A stretch of DNA of 64,000 nucleotides from Tubiluchus corallicola (lineage: Eukaryota; Animalia; Priapulida), in NCBI GenBank assembly GCA_030141605.1, contig JAQGDQ010000443.1, positions 131,631 to 195,630 on the forward strand, in the 5' to 3' direction. Below, one piece after another: positions 52,758 through 64,000 of the stretch; position 1 is the stretch's first letter; each line of letters starts with the position of its first letter. A program made the translations under genes and the position numbers. Below the pieces are notes generated by a model. It ran no database searches and had not been told where the DNA came from. It saw only the letters and a list, made by a program, of their open reading frames with translations.

Positions 52758-53788
52758 GTGGTCTAAGAACCCTGGCTCCATAGAGCAACATAACTGATAC
52801 CAGGTTCCAAAGTTAAGGTAGGACCCCAATCACTTAACACAATGTTTTTGAATTTAAGTTTACGCCTAATTCGATCTATCGTCTACTTGTTTTTATGGAC
52901 TGTGCGAATTAATATTTAGCTCGTATGGCTAATGCTTTTAAAAGCTCGTAATAAAACTGTGCAAAATTTAAAGTCGTTTTTTTCGTTCGATTTATTAAGA
53001 AGTCTTGACAGTTGAAGATGTTTCTCAAATTGTTGTGTTAATAGGCTTATTATTTTATCTTTTCTGCTATCTCTGCTCAGTAGTAATTTATTTGTAGTCT
53101 TTTCAGCTTATACTTACAAATTCTGCAGCGTTAAGGTTAAAATTTATCTATTGTAGACTGTATATTGGCTAAAGTGGGGCTTATGTAGCATCCGAAATGT
53201 GTATTACATTATGCGTTATTCACTAGCGGAATAAAAATCTACAGGACATAGCTGCAGAAAAAATAACGCATAACGCAGATCTGATAAGCCAGGTGCATTG
53301 AATAGCGTGGTCTAAACCTGGCTTCGTAGAAAACATGTTTCTGTCGTTTTTTGTTGTGTTATTACTGGCATGAATAACCGTTATTTAACTTGTCACTTGT
53401 TTATGCTTATATGCACCGTGTCATTGCACTTAGTTAATATTGTAGCTATTGTGAGCCGTAGTTACAGTATAGTATAATTGAGCAGTAACTTCTCAGTCTT
53501 ACTTATGACATGGCATTTTCTGTTATGTACAACATTAGCTATATAGTCTGGTAAGAAGCGGTGTCTTCTCCCCTTCGCCCTTCGCACTAATAAATTTAAG
53601 GTTTTTTACACACACCGTTAACGACTTTTGACTACCATTTTTAATATTAAACTTTGTTTACTATTTTCCCCTTTTCAGTGTAGTTGTATTAATTTATTCT
53701 TGCACTACTATACTCCGTCTTATTTACTTTGCTGCATTGCATTTTTATTGCCTTTTGAAGTGAACCGTCAGTTATCATACGACAATAA

Positions 53789-55360
53789 AGAAAGAAGAAG
53801 AAGTTACTAAAGAAGAAGTAAAGCACGCGGCAAAAACAACAAAAGCCCGGGCGCTGATGAATTAAATGCTGAGTTAGTCAAGTATGGATCAGATAATTTA
53901 TATGCAGAAATTGCTGAAATTCTAAACAATATTTCAAAAACAGACACATTTCCGCAGGATATTCAAAAAGGAATACTTATCCCTTTACCCAAGCCAGGTA
54001 ACAAACGTGGTCCTATAGAAAATCTTAGACCATTGATGTTGCTTACACTGCTAAGGAAGATTTTGGCTATCTGTATGTTGACTAGGATCTATGACAGGTT
54101 ACACACTTACATTCCAACAAGCCAAGCAGCATATCAACCAGGACGGAATACTACTGAATTAGTACCAGCCTGTAAATTACTAGCCGAAAAAGCCATCTCT
54201 TCTGCTGATTACTCAATATATATTCTCATGATCGATATGTCAAAGGCCTTTGATTGTGTTCGGAGAAAAACTCTGCTATGCTGTCTGGAAGAAATCCTTG
54301 AACCTGATGAAATATACATCATAAGTATAGTGTTAGAAAATTTATTAATTCAAGTCAGGTGTGAAGGGAAATTAAGTCAGCCGTTTTCTACAAACAAAGG
54401 AGTACCTCAGGGTACTGCCTAAGCCCTGTACTTTTTACTTTATATCTTGCCATAGCTCTCACTGAGGACAAAGTTATGCCATTGAAAGACCTAGAAGATC
54501 ACAACTACACAATTCTTGATCCTGAATTAATACCGAATGAAGGAAGACAAGAACACAGTTACAGCTCTCTACAAAGTAAGTCAACTACTATATCTATGCA
54601 GTATGCTGATGATGTGGCATGGATTACAAGAAACAGAAAAGACGTAGATGAAATAAAAAACTCAATAGAGGAGAAGCTGAACAGAATGGATCTCGTTGTA
54701 AATAAAAATAAAACTGAAGAGTTTCACATAACACGCCATGGTGATGAATCATGGCAAAGATGCAAGTATCTCGGTAGTCTGCTGGCAACAGAAGACGGCA
54801 TATCAAGACGGAAGATAATAGCATTATCAGCTTACTCAAAACTCAAAAAAAAATTGAGAATAGAAGATATCTTTGGAAACAAAAATTAGAATATTTTCAG
54901 CCTTAGTTGAAACTGTATTTCTGTATAATTCTGAGCACTGGACATTAAAAGCAAATCATAAAGCTGAAATCGATGCGTTTCAAAGGCGAAATTACAGAAG
55001 CATTTTGGGTATTAGATGGCCAAAGAAAATTTCAAACAAAGATCTATATGAAAAAATAAAAGAAGAACCTTGGACAAGAAAAATAAAAAGACGCCGTTTA
55101 AGATGGATTGGGCATATGTTTAGACTACCTGGTGATATTCCAGTGAATATAGCTCTTCAACAAGCCATAGAACCAGCTAAAAAACCTGCAGGAGGACAAA
55201 TGTTAACATATTTAGATTTTGCACAGAAAGATTTAAACGCTTCAGCATTGATCCTTAGAAATAAATCTAGTTGGGGCATTGCGGCGAGCAGGGAGTCCTG
55301 GCATAGGGAGGTGAGCAGAATCATGTCACTGGACGTATGATTCATTGGATGATGATGATG
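53789..55360 (+). mobile_element. 5'-truncated RTE-clade LINE with frameshifted RT
   Basis: KSPGADELNAELVK, LRPLMLL, IDMSKAFD, GVPQG, QYADD, KYLGS and RRRLRWIGH across three ORF pieces. (TGA)n tail. 12-bp TSD ATACGACAATAA at 53777-53788 and 55361-55372. Confidence 0.93.
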
Positions 55361-55999
55361 ATACGACAATAAGCTTCACATTTTACCTACTGATAATTAT
55401 TTTTTATTTTTCTTAGTGACTTTGATGCTAAAAGCAGTGGATGATTCAGTTCAGGTGGCAGTGATACACATGCTAACAAATTATTTCACTTTGTCTCATA
55501 ATTTAATTCGGTTCGTGCATGAGCTTACACGTGTCACTGAATTATTCCATGTTTTATCAGTGCGACCATTAGCCAGTGTTCTGTCGTACATCCCTAGAAG
55601 TACCACTATCCACTATTACACTAGGTAAGTACATTACTATGAACAACTGATTGAGCAAAATTAAATAGTGCCATTGAAGTACTAATTGGGACATCCAATT
55701 ACGAGGCCCGAATTTGATCAGTACTGTGTCTACTTTACTGAACAGCTTCAATCATTAATCGACTTGCACACTCTATCACTTATTACCATCAGACCCAAAG
55801 ACAAAGCGTGTTTACGAAGGCATGAGAATCTCATATGGAACAACTTTAAGAAATGTCCCAAAATATGTAATTTCTGAAACGCAAAATTTCAACAGAGCCG
55901 AAAAAAATTCCAGTAAAACAACTTTACTAAAAAAGTTACCTAATAGGTTATCAACTTTTGACACTACCAAGAATCCTTGGTAGAAAGTTTGGAAATCCG

Positions 56000-56650
56000 T
56001 GTGCTGTAATAAGAATTATTTGAATATACCCCCTTTACAGAAGGACGCAATTTGATACCGGTAAAGCTAACATTTTCATCTCTTTCTTTTGTGCTTAGTC
56101 TGCTCTAGATCCAATCATCCAATCAAATACCTCTTTTTTTACAAAACCATCGAAAAGTTATGTAATATTAATAGAACTCCTAACGAACTCCATGATTTGC
56201 TTTTAAGCTTAAATACGCTAAAAGCACCAAGTGTCGATTCCATTAGTAACTAGGTTGTAAAAGAAAACTGCTGTGTATATTCCAACCCTTCTTTTCGTGT
56301 TATTTAACTCATCTTTCCAAACATCAATTTTTCATAAAATTTGGAAGAAGGCCAAAGTTTATCCAAATTTTAAAAAAGATAATCGTCAACTAAAAACAAT
56401 TATAAGCCTGTGTCACTTCTACCTTGCTTGTAGAAGGTCTTGGAAAGAATTGTTCACAAATATCTGTTTAATCACCAGACTGAGGATAATCATTGGTTAA
56501 CGTTTAGAAACTCTGGATTCAAGCCAAACGATGTCAGCATTTATCAGCTTCTTTATGTAGTGCACAACACTTATCAGGCACTTGGGGCGGGATTTAGTAA
56601 GGACTGTTTTCTGTCTTCTTGGCATCTCTAAAGCATTGGAGTTCGTATGA
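56000..56650 (+). mobile_element. Decayed CR1/L2-type LINE fragment (N-terminal part of RT)
   Basis: KAPSVDSISN, LFNSSFQTSIF.KIWKKAKVYPNFKK, ERIVHK, SGFKPN, YQLL and SKA motifs with stops and frameshifts. Confidence 0.8.
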
Positions 56651-59600
56651 CAGAATTGTAGCCTTGCTTTGGGGGAGCTTTGAGGAGGCAACTGGTGTAT
56701 TTAAAGCATCGAGGTTCTTTATTGATTGTTAAGCAATAAGCGAACGGGCAGTGCAAGCAGAAACTATTGGATTAATTAATTACCCTACATTACATGACAT
56801 GTTGCTTTTATGGCAAATATTACTTTATATTGTCGCAATGATGTCGAGAAATATGCCTTCGCGAAACTATAGGAAGCAATAATTACGTGTTAAATTTATC
56901 TATTGGTTGTTTTAAAGGTCAATACTCTTTGATTTCTACATTTTCTTTTTAAATTTTTCTCCCATCTCAATAAGCACTTACATGAACCAGAAAGCGCCTT
57001 TGGCATTTTTTTGTTTATTTTTTACTGGAACCCCTTCGCTATGGCGATGACAGTAACGCTAGAAATGTGGTGTAAAATCAGAATGAATTCCTTCGATCAC
57101 AAACTCAAGTTCAGGAGAAATTCAGAACACCATATGAACTACACTATTCTCTCGCTATTATCGTAATTTTTTGACAAAATTCAGGCCTTTCTCACCTGTT
57201 ATGGTCTGTGAGAGACTTCGTCGGTACAAGATAACCGACTTAGCATGGAATTGGTTTCTAAAGCTTTCTAAATTGCTTTCTTTTTGAAGAAGGTAATGAA
57301 AATAGCAAAGCCTACTAGTGCAGTATTGTTTCCAGGTTTACGTCAAATTTGACTAAAAGAATTGCCAACGGTTTGTATACCTACTTTCAAACAATTTGAT
57401 TTGCTTATTAAAATACAGGAAATGTAGTGTAGTCCTTCCTGAGACATCCTGAATATACAATATATAATACTGTCACTGCCTTGCACATATATGTGTTACA
57501 ACAGCTTAGTGGCATGGCAAGTATTTTAGGAATGCACCTTGCAGAACTTATCCATGTTTCAAAGTTCCAACATCAACTTTAGTTTCAGCTTTATAGCCGC
57601 CTGAAGGAACGATTCATTGACGTGAACCAGTATGAAATGACATTCAGGAGTAGTACTAGATTTGTTTTTGGCTGAAGTAACGCCACGGGCACTAGTGTCG
57701 GTTCAACGACTATGGACTATTGTCAAACCACGGACCTTTCGCGACAATATCTAAACATTTATGGACGTATTTTTGTGAACTCCTCTAGGCTGGAAAGTAG
57801 CGAGAATGCGAAACTCTAAAAAGTTTCAGTACAATCTCGCAGAGGAGGATAATTATTGGTGGATGTGGAGGAGGAGAAGACGTATGAAGACAGAGACACC
57901 TGGAGAGACGTTATCAAGTGTTCGCCGGCTGACAGATGAAAATCTACCAGGAGGATGGTGAGAAAGGGTGAGAAAGAGGAGGATAATTACCTCATGGACA
58001 GAATTCCATCAGGCGCTTCCGCGCTTGTAATTTTAAACTCCCAATAGTATTTATTTTCATGTACTTTTGATTTTGTGAAATTATTTTGTACTGTATGAAA
58101 AATCAATAATTGACAATAAACGGTTATCCCAGTTTGAAAACAGAGTATTGGTGACGCAGATAGGACATACGTGTACAACATATAGATCAACATTACATTA
58201 ACCCAGTTATCTTTCGGACTTCTTAGCTGTGGCGCCCTGTTGTCTTTTCAATAACTAGGCGAATAACTTCAGATAGGTAAGTAAGAACGTCAACAAAAAC
58301 CCCCTTTTACTGGCAATTTGCTTGGATTAGATAGGCTGCATTAGACCTAAATCAGAGTTATTATAATACAAGTTACTAATCAGTTTACCGGTATGAATTT
58401 TGTGCCACTTCTGTGTGTCTATAATCCAATCTCTATGAGCATTACACTTGATAATGTTTTAGGTTCCGATCCTGTCACAACCATCCACATTAATTAGGCC
58501 CAGACACTAATTAGGCTAGGTGCCAGATACTTATTTGCTGAGTTAACAAATTGTATAAAACGAACTAATACTTTCTAATTTGCAAAACGAAGGTGACAGA
58601 ATATGAAAGGTTTTGTTGCATAATTGAAGGCTGCCATAAGATGTTCAGTAAGAGAAGATGTTATTAGTAGTAAAAAAGAAAAAGGGGCAAAAAGAAGAAA
58701 GCCTACAAAGCCTGCCTGTAGCAAAACAGCCCGTTGACACTTTTGGCCAATGAATTCGCAAGCAACTTTTCTAAATAACTAAAAATTTTCATTTGACCTG
58801 CATAAATTCCAATGACTTGCAATTGATTATCTCTGAAAAACAGTGCCATTTGCAGTCAAGACGGTATGCAATATGCATCAATTATGTTATCCATTAGATA
58901 ATTTACATCCATTGCATTCATTACATAATTTTTATTAGGTAGTACGAAAACAGCATGGTAGTCTAATGGTGCTAAAATCAGGGTCAGTTCATCGGCTAGA
59001 TATTTAATTGCATAACTTAAGAGAGTTAAGCACGTTTCCCGCCAAATTTTCAAAGGTCCCTCATTAAAATCTTTTAAGTACCTGGTTCAAATTATATAGG
59101 CACGCGTGCACAATTTACATCTCGTTAATTTCAAATAAGCCAGTTTTACCACATAATTCACAGAAGGAGGTTAGCGCGCAATGGACATTTTCAATACTTT
59201 ATTTCGCCAGCTTCTCCTATTGATATTCAGATTTACTAATTAGAGTTTTCACTTCATACTAATTAGATTGCAAAACCATTGACTTTTAAGGATATACTGC
59301 GAATTGTCGCAAATAAAGATTTTCATTCGGATTTTCAATGGTCTCTAGAATAAATGCATTTCTAACTGGGTATATAGTACTGAAACGTATTTGTTAAACA
59401 TTTATCTCCGCCTAAAAGGATGCATTGCAGCGCTCTGTTGCAGAATTTTTCCAACACGTATATAACAATTACATAATTTAATGCACTGCTTAAAACAGAC
59501 GTCTCCACGGACAGGAATATAAGTATATGTACACTGTAATTACAAATAAATGAGAAATTTCGTGTGATACAAAATAAACCCGATAAAGTTTGTTTAATAA

Positions 59601-60000
59601 TATTATTCTTAAGTGCATAACTGCGTGTTGTTCTGTACCGCATTCACAGATTGCATCGCTTTATCTGTGCAGAAATAAATTGGAATTACATTGTTCACAA
59701 AAACAAAACTTCAATTTAAAACTCTATCATGATTTATAGGTAATGACAATAGTTGTCATAACGGCCTGACATATATTATCGACCTTCAGTTTTATATTTT
59801 TCATTTACAGATTTAATTTATGTGTTAATAATACAAGCGCGCCGTTTTAATAGGAGCGTCTTCTGTTTCGTGACAAGGACACTTCAAAACCGCCTTTAAG
59901 TGATCTCAGCACAGGCATCAGTTAAGCAACTTTCCAACACAAGTGCTATATTATCAAGGCCACCGTCATTAAGGAACTAGAGAGCAAAGCTTTGCACAGC

Positions 60001-60269
60001 TGTAGTCACAGAAAACACTGTAAACAGAGGTTAATACCACTGAATGCTTTATTAACATAATTAGTATGTCCAGTATAACATAAATGTTCAACAGCTCCCA
60101 TAAGTGGATTAACCTGACTGTTCAGAGCACAGGTGTGTAATGACAGACAGGTGACTAGCAGGTAACAAACAGAAAAGCTGGCCAAAACCAAAAGCTTTAC
60201 ATTCACGTCACAGATGGCGCCTCGTGCACGATAAGTAAGATTAACAAAAAGAAAGCTAAGTCTGCTACA
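60001..60269 (-). repeat. BEL 3' LTR (outer boundary 60001, or possibly 59864)
   Basis: On the minus strand the PPT AGGAGCCGGG (60270-60279) is followed by TGTAG...CTACA, with AATAAA at 60048-60053. The partner LTR is outside the window, so the boundary is unverified. Confidence 0.65.
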
Positions 60270-60987
60270 CCCGGCTCCTAATGAGCGCTTATAAAGTGGT
60301 CATTACAATAATCTGCTTGTAAGTCACTGTACAAAATTACATGAACTCTGAACAGTAACACTTAGATGCTATTTAGTACAACTAAATATTTTAGTCAAAA
60401 CTGAACAATCATACATTTGATAGTTAAAACTATTCCAGTGAAACACTTTAAGTGAAATAATTCCAAATATGAAAATTACAGATAAATACTGTTAGCTAAA
60501 GCACTACAAAGCAATGAATCAAAACAGAATCTGATGCAATAGTGACTTGATAGCTTATAACAGTTAGCAAAGGCAAATGTCGTTCAATGCTAAGTTCTAT
60601 GTAGCACATCATATAAATTTTAGAATGACATTATCATAAAGTTGGCCTACTGCCAAGTGATAGAATTTAATGTTAATTTTGTCTGAAAGATTTAAGCAAA
60701 TATTTGACATACATTTCAAATTACTGGCAATTAATTTGGCAAAATTGTAAACTAAATCACACATTCATGAATAACACTTAATTCACAAAATTAACACAGA
60801 ATCAAATTTTTCGCATAACAGCGAACTATTGCAGCATCAAATTTAAATAACTAAATAATACAGGCAAGGTCATTTCTCACCAACAACACTGCAGTCATTA
60901 GGTCAAAATAAACGTAACTATATATGACAAATATGAAATAATTTGTACTTTAGAATTAAAGTGCATATCAACACATTACACAGAATT

Positions 60988-63900
60988 TTACTCAGCTTCT
61001 TCGAGGAGACATAGCTTAGTTATTGGTCTAAGCAATGTCGTAGATGGGGTCTTCACCATAACTGATCTCACGAGTCCATCCGGAGCTGGGAATACTTCGG
61101 TGATTCTGCCTGTTGTCCATTGATTCCGAGCAGCATTCTCATCAACGACCAGAACCAAATCATTCTCTTTAAAGTTTCTTTTTACAGTCAGCCATTTCTG
61201 ACGTTGTTGCAAGTTTGGAATGTATTCCTTGACCCAGCGGCGCCAGAAGATATTGACAAGATACTGGCACTGCCTCCATCTCCTTTTCAGCATAGAGTCG
61301 TCTTTGCAGAAGATGCCTGGTGGCAGATTTGGGCAAGGTCGCTGTAGAATGAGGTCATTTGGCGTTAATGGTCTGAAGTCATTTGGGTCATTGGAAAACT
61401 CCGTTAAAGGTCTGTTGTTCATGATGAACTCGACTTCAGCAATCAAAGTCAGCAAGACTTCATCAGTAATGGTTTGTTCCTTCAACAGTTGCCGGAAGAT
61501 GCCACGGAAAGATCTGATACACCTTTCCCAAACACCACCGTGGTGACTGGCCCCTGCAGTGTTGAAGGTCCATTTTACACCCCTTTGCACCATATGCTTG
61601 TTTAATTTTTCTTCATTCCACAGTTGTAGAGCTTCACGAAGTTCACGCTCACCACCAATGAAGTTTGTCCCTCTGTCAGTCCAGACTTCCAGCACCTCTC
61701 CTCTTCTACATATGATTCTTCGAAATGCGTTGATGAAGGAGTCGGTGTCAAGATTGTGCGTGATCTCTATATGAACAGCTCTGGTGGCCATGCATGTAGC
61801 AAGGCACCCATAGCGCTTGATGGTAGAACGGCCTTGTCTAACATATATCGGCCCGAAAAAGTCGATTCCTATTCTGGAAAATGGAGCATCGTATGGCTTA
61901 ATCCTTGCAGTCGGAAGATCTGCCATTAACTGCTCGGCAGGCCGGGAGCGTTCTTTCTTGCATTTGAAGCACCGAGACAAAACTCCTCTTACTGCGCTTT
62001 TCCCCTTAATAATGTAATACTTCAGTCTCATCTGGGAAGGAACGTAGTCTCTGCCTAAATGAGCATATGATTCATGATAATATTGAATCAGCAAGTCAGT
62101 TATGTGATGTTTGTAGGGAAGAATCAGTGGATATTTGTAACCATAGTTGAAGCTACCTCTGGTTAGTCTTCCATAAACTCTCAGTAGGCCTTCGGCATCC
62201 ACGAAGGGTCTGATGCCATTCAGAGGACTAGACTTTAGGTGATTCTTCTCTTTATTAAGTGATTCTTTATTACCTGGTAATGCTGGAGACATCAGTTTTA
62301 TCTCTTCTCGAAATGCAATCTTCTGCACCAGATGAATAATGGATTTCTCTGCTTCTTCCAGATCACCATATCGCAGATGCTTCTCTATCTTTCCATGGCA
62401 ACCTGTTCCCTTGTTCCTCAAGTAATGCTTATACTTGATGAACCAAGCTACAGAATTACGGAGTTTTTCCCATGAAGAGAAATAAGTTAGCAACTCGTCT
62501 ATTGGCTCTTCTTGGATGGCCAAGTTGATCTGCACTTTCTTCACTTCTTCATGGTCATCAGGTACTGGGAATAGTGTTGGCTGTGCTGGCCATTCAGCTT
62601 GTGTTTTCCAGAGAAAAGGAGGACCCTTGAACCATCTGTGGTCTGCAGATAGCTGTTCTGCCTTTATGCCTCTTGTTATGTCATCTGCAACATTCTGCGA
62701 AGAACTGACATACCGCCATTGACTAACATCTGAACCACAATGAATCTCAGCGAGTCTATTGGCCACATACACTTGGAACCTCTTCTTTTCATTTTGGATG
62801 AATTTCAAAACTGATGTTGAATCAGTCCAGAAAACAACAGCATCTATTTTGATGTCCAAAGCTTCTAGAATTGTTTTGTTCATTCTGACACCAATAACTG
62901 AAGCTTGCAATTCTAATCTCGGCACAGTTTGTGTTTTCAAAGGAGCAACTCTGCTCTTAGCTGTTAGCAGACAACAATGAATCTGTCCCTGCTGATTAAC
63001 AAACCGGACATAGGAGCATACTCCATAGGCATCATTCGAGGCATCACTAAAATGATGCAGTTGGGTAGATGTAGCAGGTCCGAAATTGATCAGCTTGATA
63101 CATCTCGGAATATTCAGGTCATTAAGACTGCTCAAGCTACTGGTCCACTTTAGCCACTTAGCTTCTACATCATCTGGGATATGCTCATCCCAATCAAGCT
63201 TTAGCTTGCACAAGTGCTGGAGTAAGACCTTTGCTGGTAGAATCACAGCACATAAGAAACCCAAAGGGTCAAACAATGATGATGTCTCAGACAGGATACC
63301 TCGCCGCATAGTAGGTTTGCCCTTCAGAACAGACTTGAATTGAAATACATCATCTTGAGTGTTCCATCTAATTCCAAGGGCACTCTCTATTGGTGGATCA
63401 GCTAGCTTCTGTTGCAAGTCCAGAATAGGTTTGGCTCTTTCAGATTCCGAAATTTCTTTGATAACAGCCTCTCTGTTACTAAGGAACTTTGTCAAGTGGA
63501 AACCGCCTCTCTGCAGTAGTTCCGTGAGGCTATTTGCTAGTCTTACTGCTTCATACTCTGTGCTGACAGACTTTAACAGATCGTCAACATAAAAATTGTT
63601 CTTTACAGCATACAGTGTTGCAGCATCAAAATCATGAGCATTGTCATCAGCTGTCTTTCTGACTGCCAGATTGGCACAAAATGGTGATGAGATACAACCA
63701 AACAAGTGAACAGACATGTGGTAGTCTACTGGACTGTCGCCAATCTGAGCGCCATCATCATACCACAAGAATCTCAGCATGTCATACTGTGAAGGATCTA
63801 CGAGGACCTGGTTGAACATGCCCTCGATGTCTGCACAAATAGCAACTTCATGCTCTCGGAACCGTAGCAATACATCTAATAAATTTGATGTCAGATTCGG

Positions 63901-64000
63901 TCCAGACATTATAACATCATTCAGGGATATGCCATTGCACTTGCAGGAGCAATTAAAAACAACACGGATCTTGTTTGGCTTCCTAGGGTGAAATACTCCA
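60988..64000 (-). CDS. pol: BEL/Pao polyprotein (RT, RNase H, HHCC + DDE integrase, C-terminal BEL domain); 5' open
   Basis: ADIEGMF, HLFGC.SSP, FYVDD, LHHFSDAS, PRLEL, FWTDS, H..YAH...C..C, GIDFFGP, TDRGTNF, GGVWER, FWRRWVKEY. The frame stays open upstream of the track ATG (GVFHPRKPNKIRVFNCS) to the window edge. Confidence 0.97.
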   Translation of the reverse strand, partial: GVFHPRKPNKIRVVFNCSCKCNGISLNDVIMSGPNLTSNLLDVLLRFREHEVAICADIEGMFNQVLVDPSQYDMLRFLWYDDGAQIGDSPVDYHMSVHLFGCISSPFCANLAVRKTADDNAHDFDAATLYAVKNNFYVDDLLKSVSTEYEAVRLANSLTELLQRGGFHLTKFLSNREAVIKEISESERAKPILDLQQKLADPPIESALGIRWNTQDDVFQFKSVLKGKPTMRRGILSETSSLFDPLGFLCAVILPAKVLLQHLCKLKLDWDEHIPDDVEAKWLKWTSSLSSLNDLNIPRCIKLINFGPATSTQLHHFSDASNDAYGVCSYVRFVNQQGQIHCCLLTAKSRVAPLKTQTVPRLELQASVIGVRMNKTILEALDIKIDAVVFWTDSTSVLKFIQNEKKRFQVYVANRLAEIHCGSDVSQWRYVSSSQNVADDITRGIKAEQLSADHRWFKGPPFLWKTQAEWPAQPTLFPVPDDHEEVKKVQINLAIQEEPIDELLTYFSSWEKLRNSVAWFIKYKHYLRNKGTGCHGKIEKHLRYGDLEEAEKSIIHLVQKIAFREEIKLMSPALPGNKESLNKEKNHLKSSPLNGIRPFVDAEGLLRVYGRLTRGSFNYGYKYPLILPYKHHITDLLIQYYHESYAHLGRDYVPSQMRLKYYIIKGKSAVRGVLSRCFKCKKERSRPAEQLMADLPTARIKPYDAPFSRIGIDFFGPIYVRQGRSTIKRYGCLATCMATRAVHIEITHNLDTDSFINAFRRIICRRGEVLEVWTDRGTNFIGGERELREALQLWNEEKLNKHMVQRGVKWTFNTAGASHHGGVWERCIRSFRGIFRQLLKEQTITDEVLLTLIAEVEFIMNNRPLTEFSNDPNDFRPLTPNDLILQRPCPNLPPGIFCKDDSMLKRRWRQCQYLVNIFWRRWVKEYIPNLQQRQKWLTVKRNFKENDLVLVVDENAARNQWTTGRITEVFPAPDGLVRSVMVKTPSTTLLRPITKLCLLEEAE

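Larger units (their letters stand above)
60001..64000 (-). mobile_element. BEL/Pao LTR retrotransposon, 3' half (runs off the window)
   Basis: pol ORF with domain order RT-RNase H-integrase, a ~720-bp AT-rich 3' UTR, PPT and 3' LTR. Confidence 0.96.

Noticed and set aside
55561-55624. Plus-strand 64-nt block with good AG/GT sites
   Set aside because: It is isolated between two LINE relics, has no partner exons, and its translation is not recognisable.
61120-63991. Plus-strand ORFs over the BEL element
   Set aside because: They are antisense shadows of the pol reading frame.

Overview
This is AT-rich animal genomic DNA, probably from an invertebrate (inference). It is not prokaryotic: I found no operons, rRNA or CRISPR arrays. 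The main feature is a minus-strand receptor guanylyl cyclase gene (natriuretic-peptide-receptor/speract-receptor type). I assembled 20 GT-AG exons by hand between 18784 and 52016. They are phase-consistent and total 2498 nt (about 832 codons), covering the second half of the ligand-binding ectodomain, one TM helix, the kinase-homology domain, the coiled-coil hinge and the cyclase domain through the stop codon. The N-terminal ~200+ aa were not confidently located. The rest of the window is transposon-derived or simple repeat. It includes an open BEL/Pao pol ORF with its 3' LTR at the right edge, a non-autonomous Gypsy-like LTR element with a tRNA-Leu PBS and a chimeric 5' end, a 5'-truncated RTE LINE with a 12-bp TSD, CR1/L2 and RTE relics, a Helentron-type element, several MITEs and fold-backs, and micro- and minisatellites. 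No previously undescribed system is established by the sequence alone. The best leads are a small secreted prepropeptide-like ORF converging on the cyclase gene, two unusual substitutions in the cyclase active-site region, intronic inverted repeats bracketing cyclase exons, and a three-layer nested insertion.
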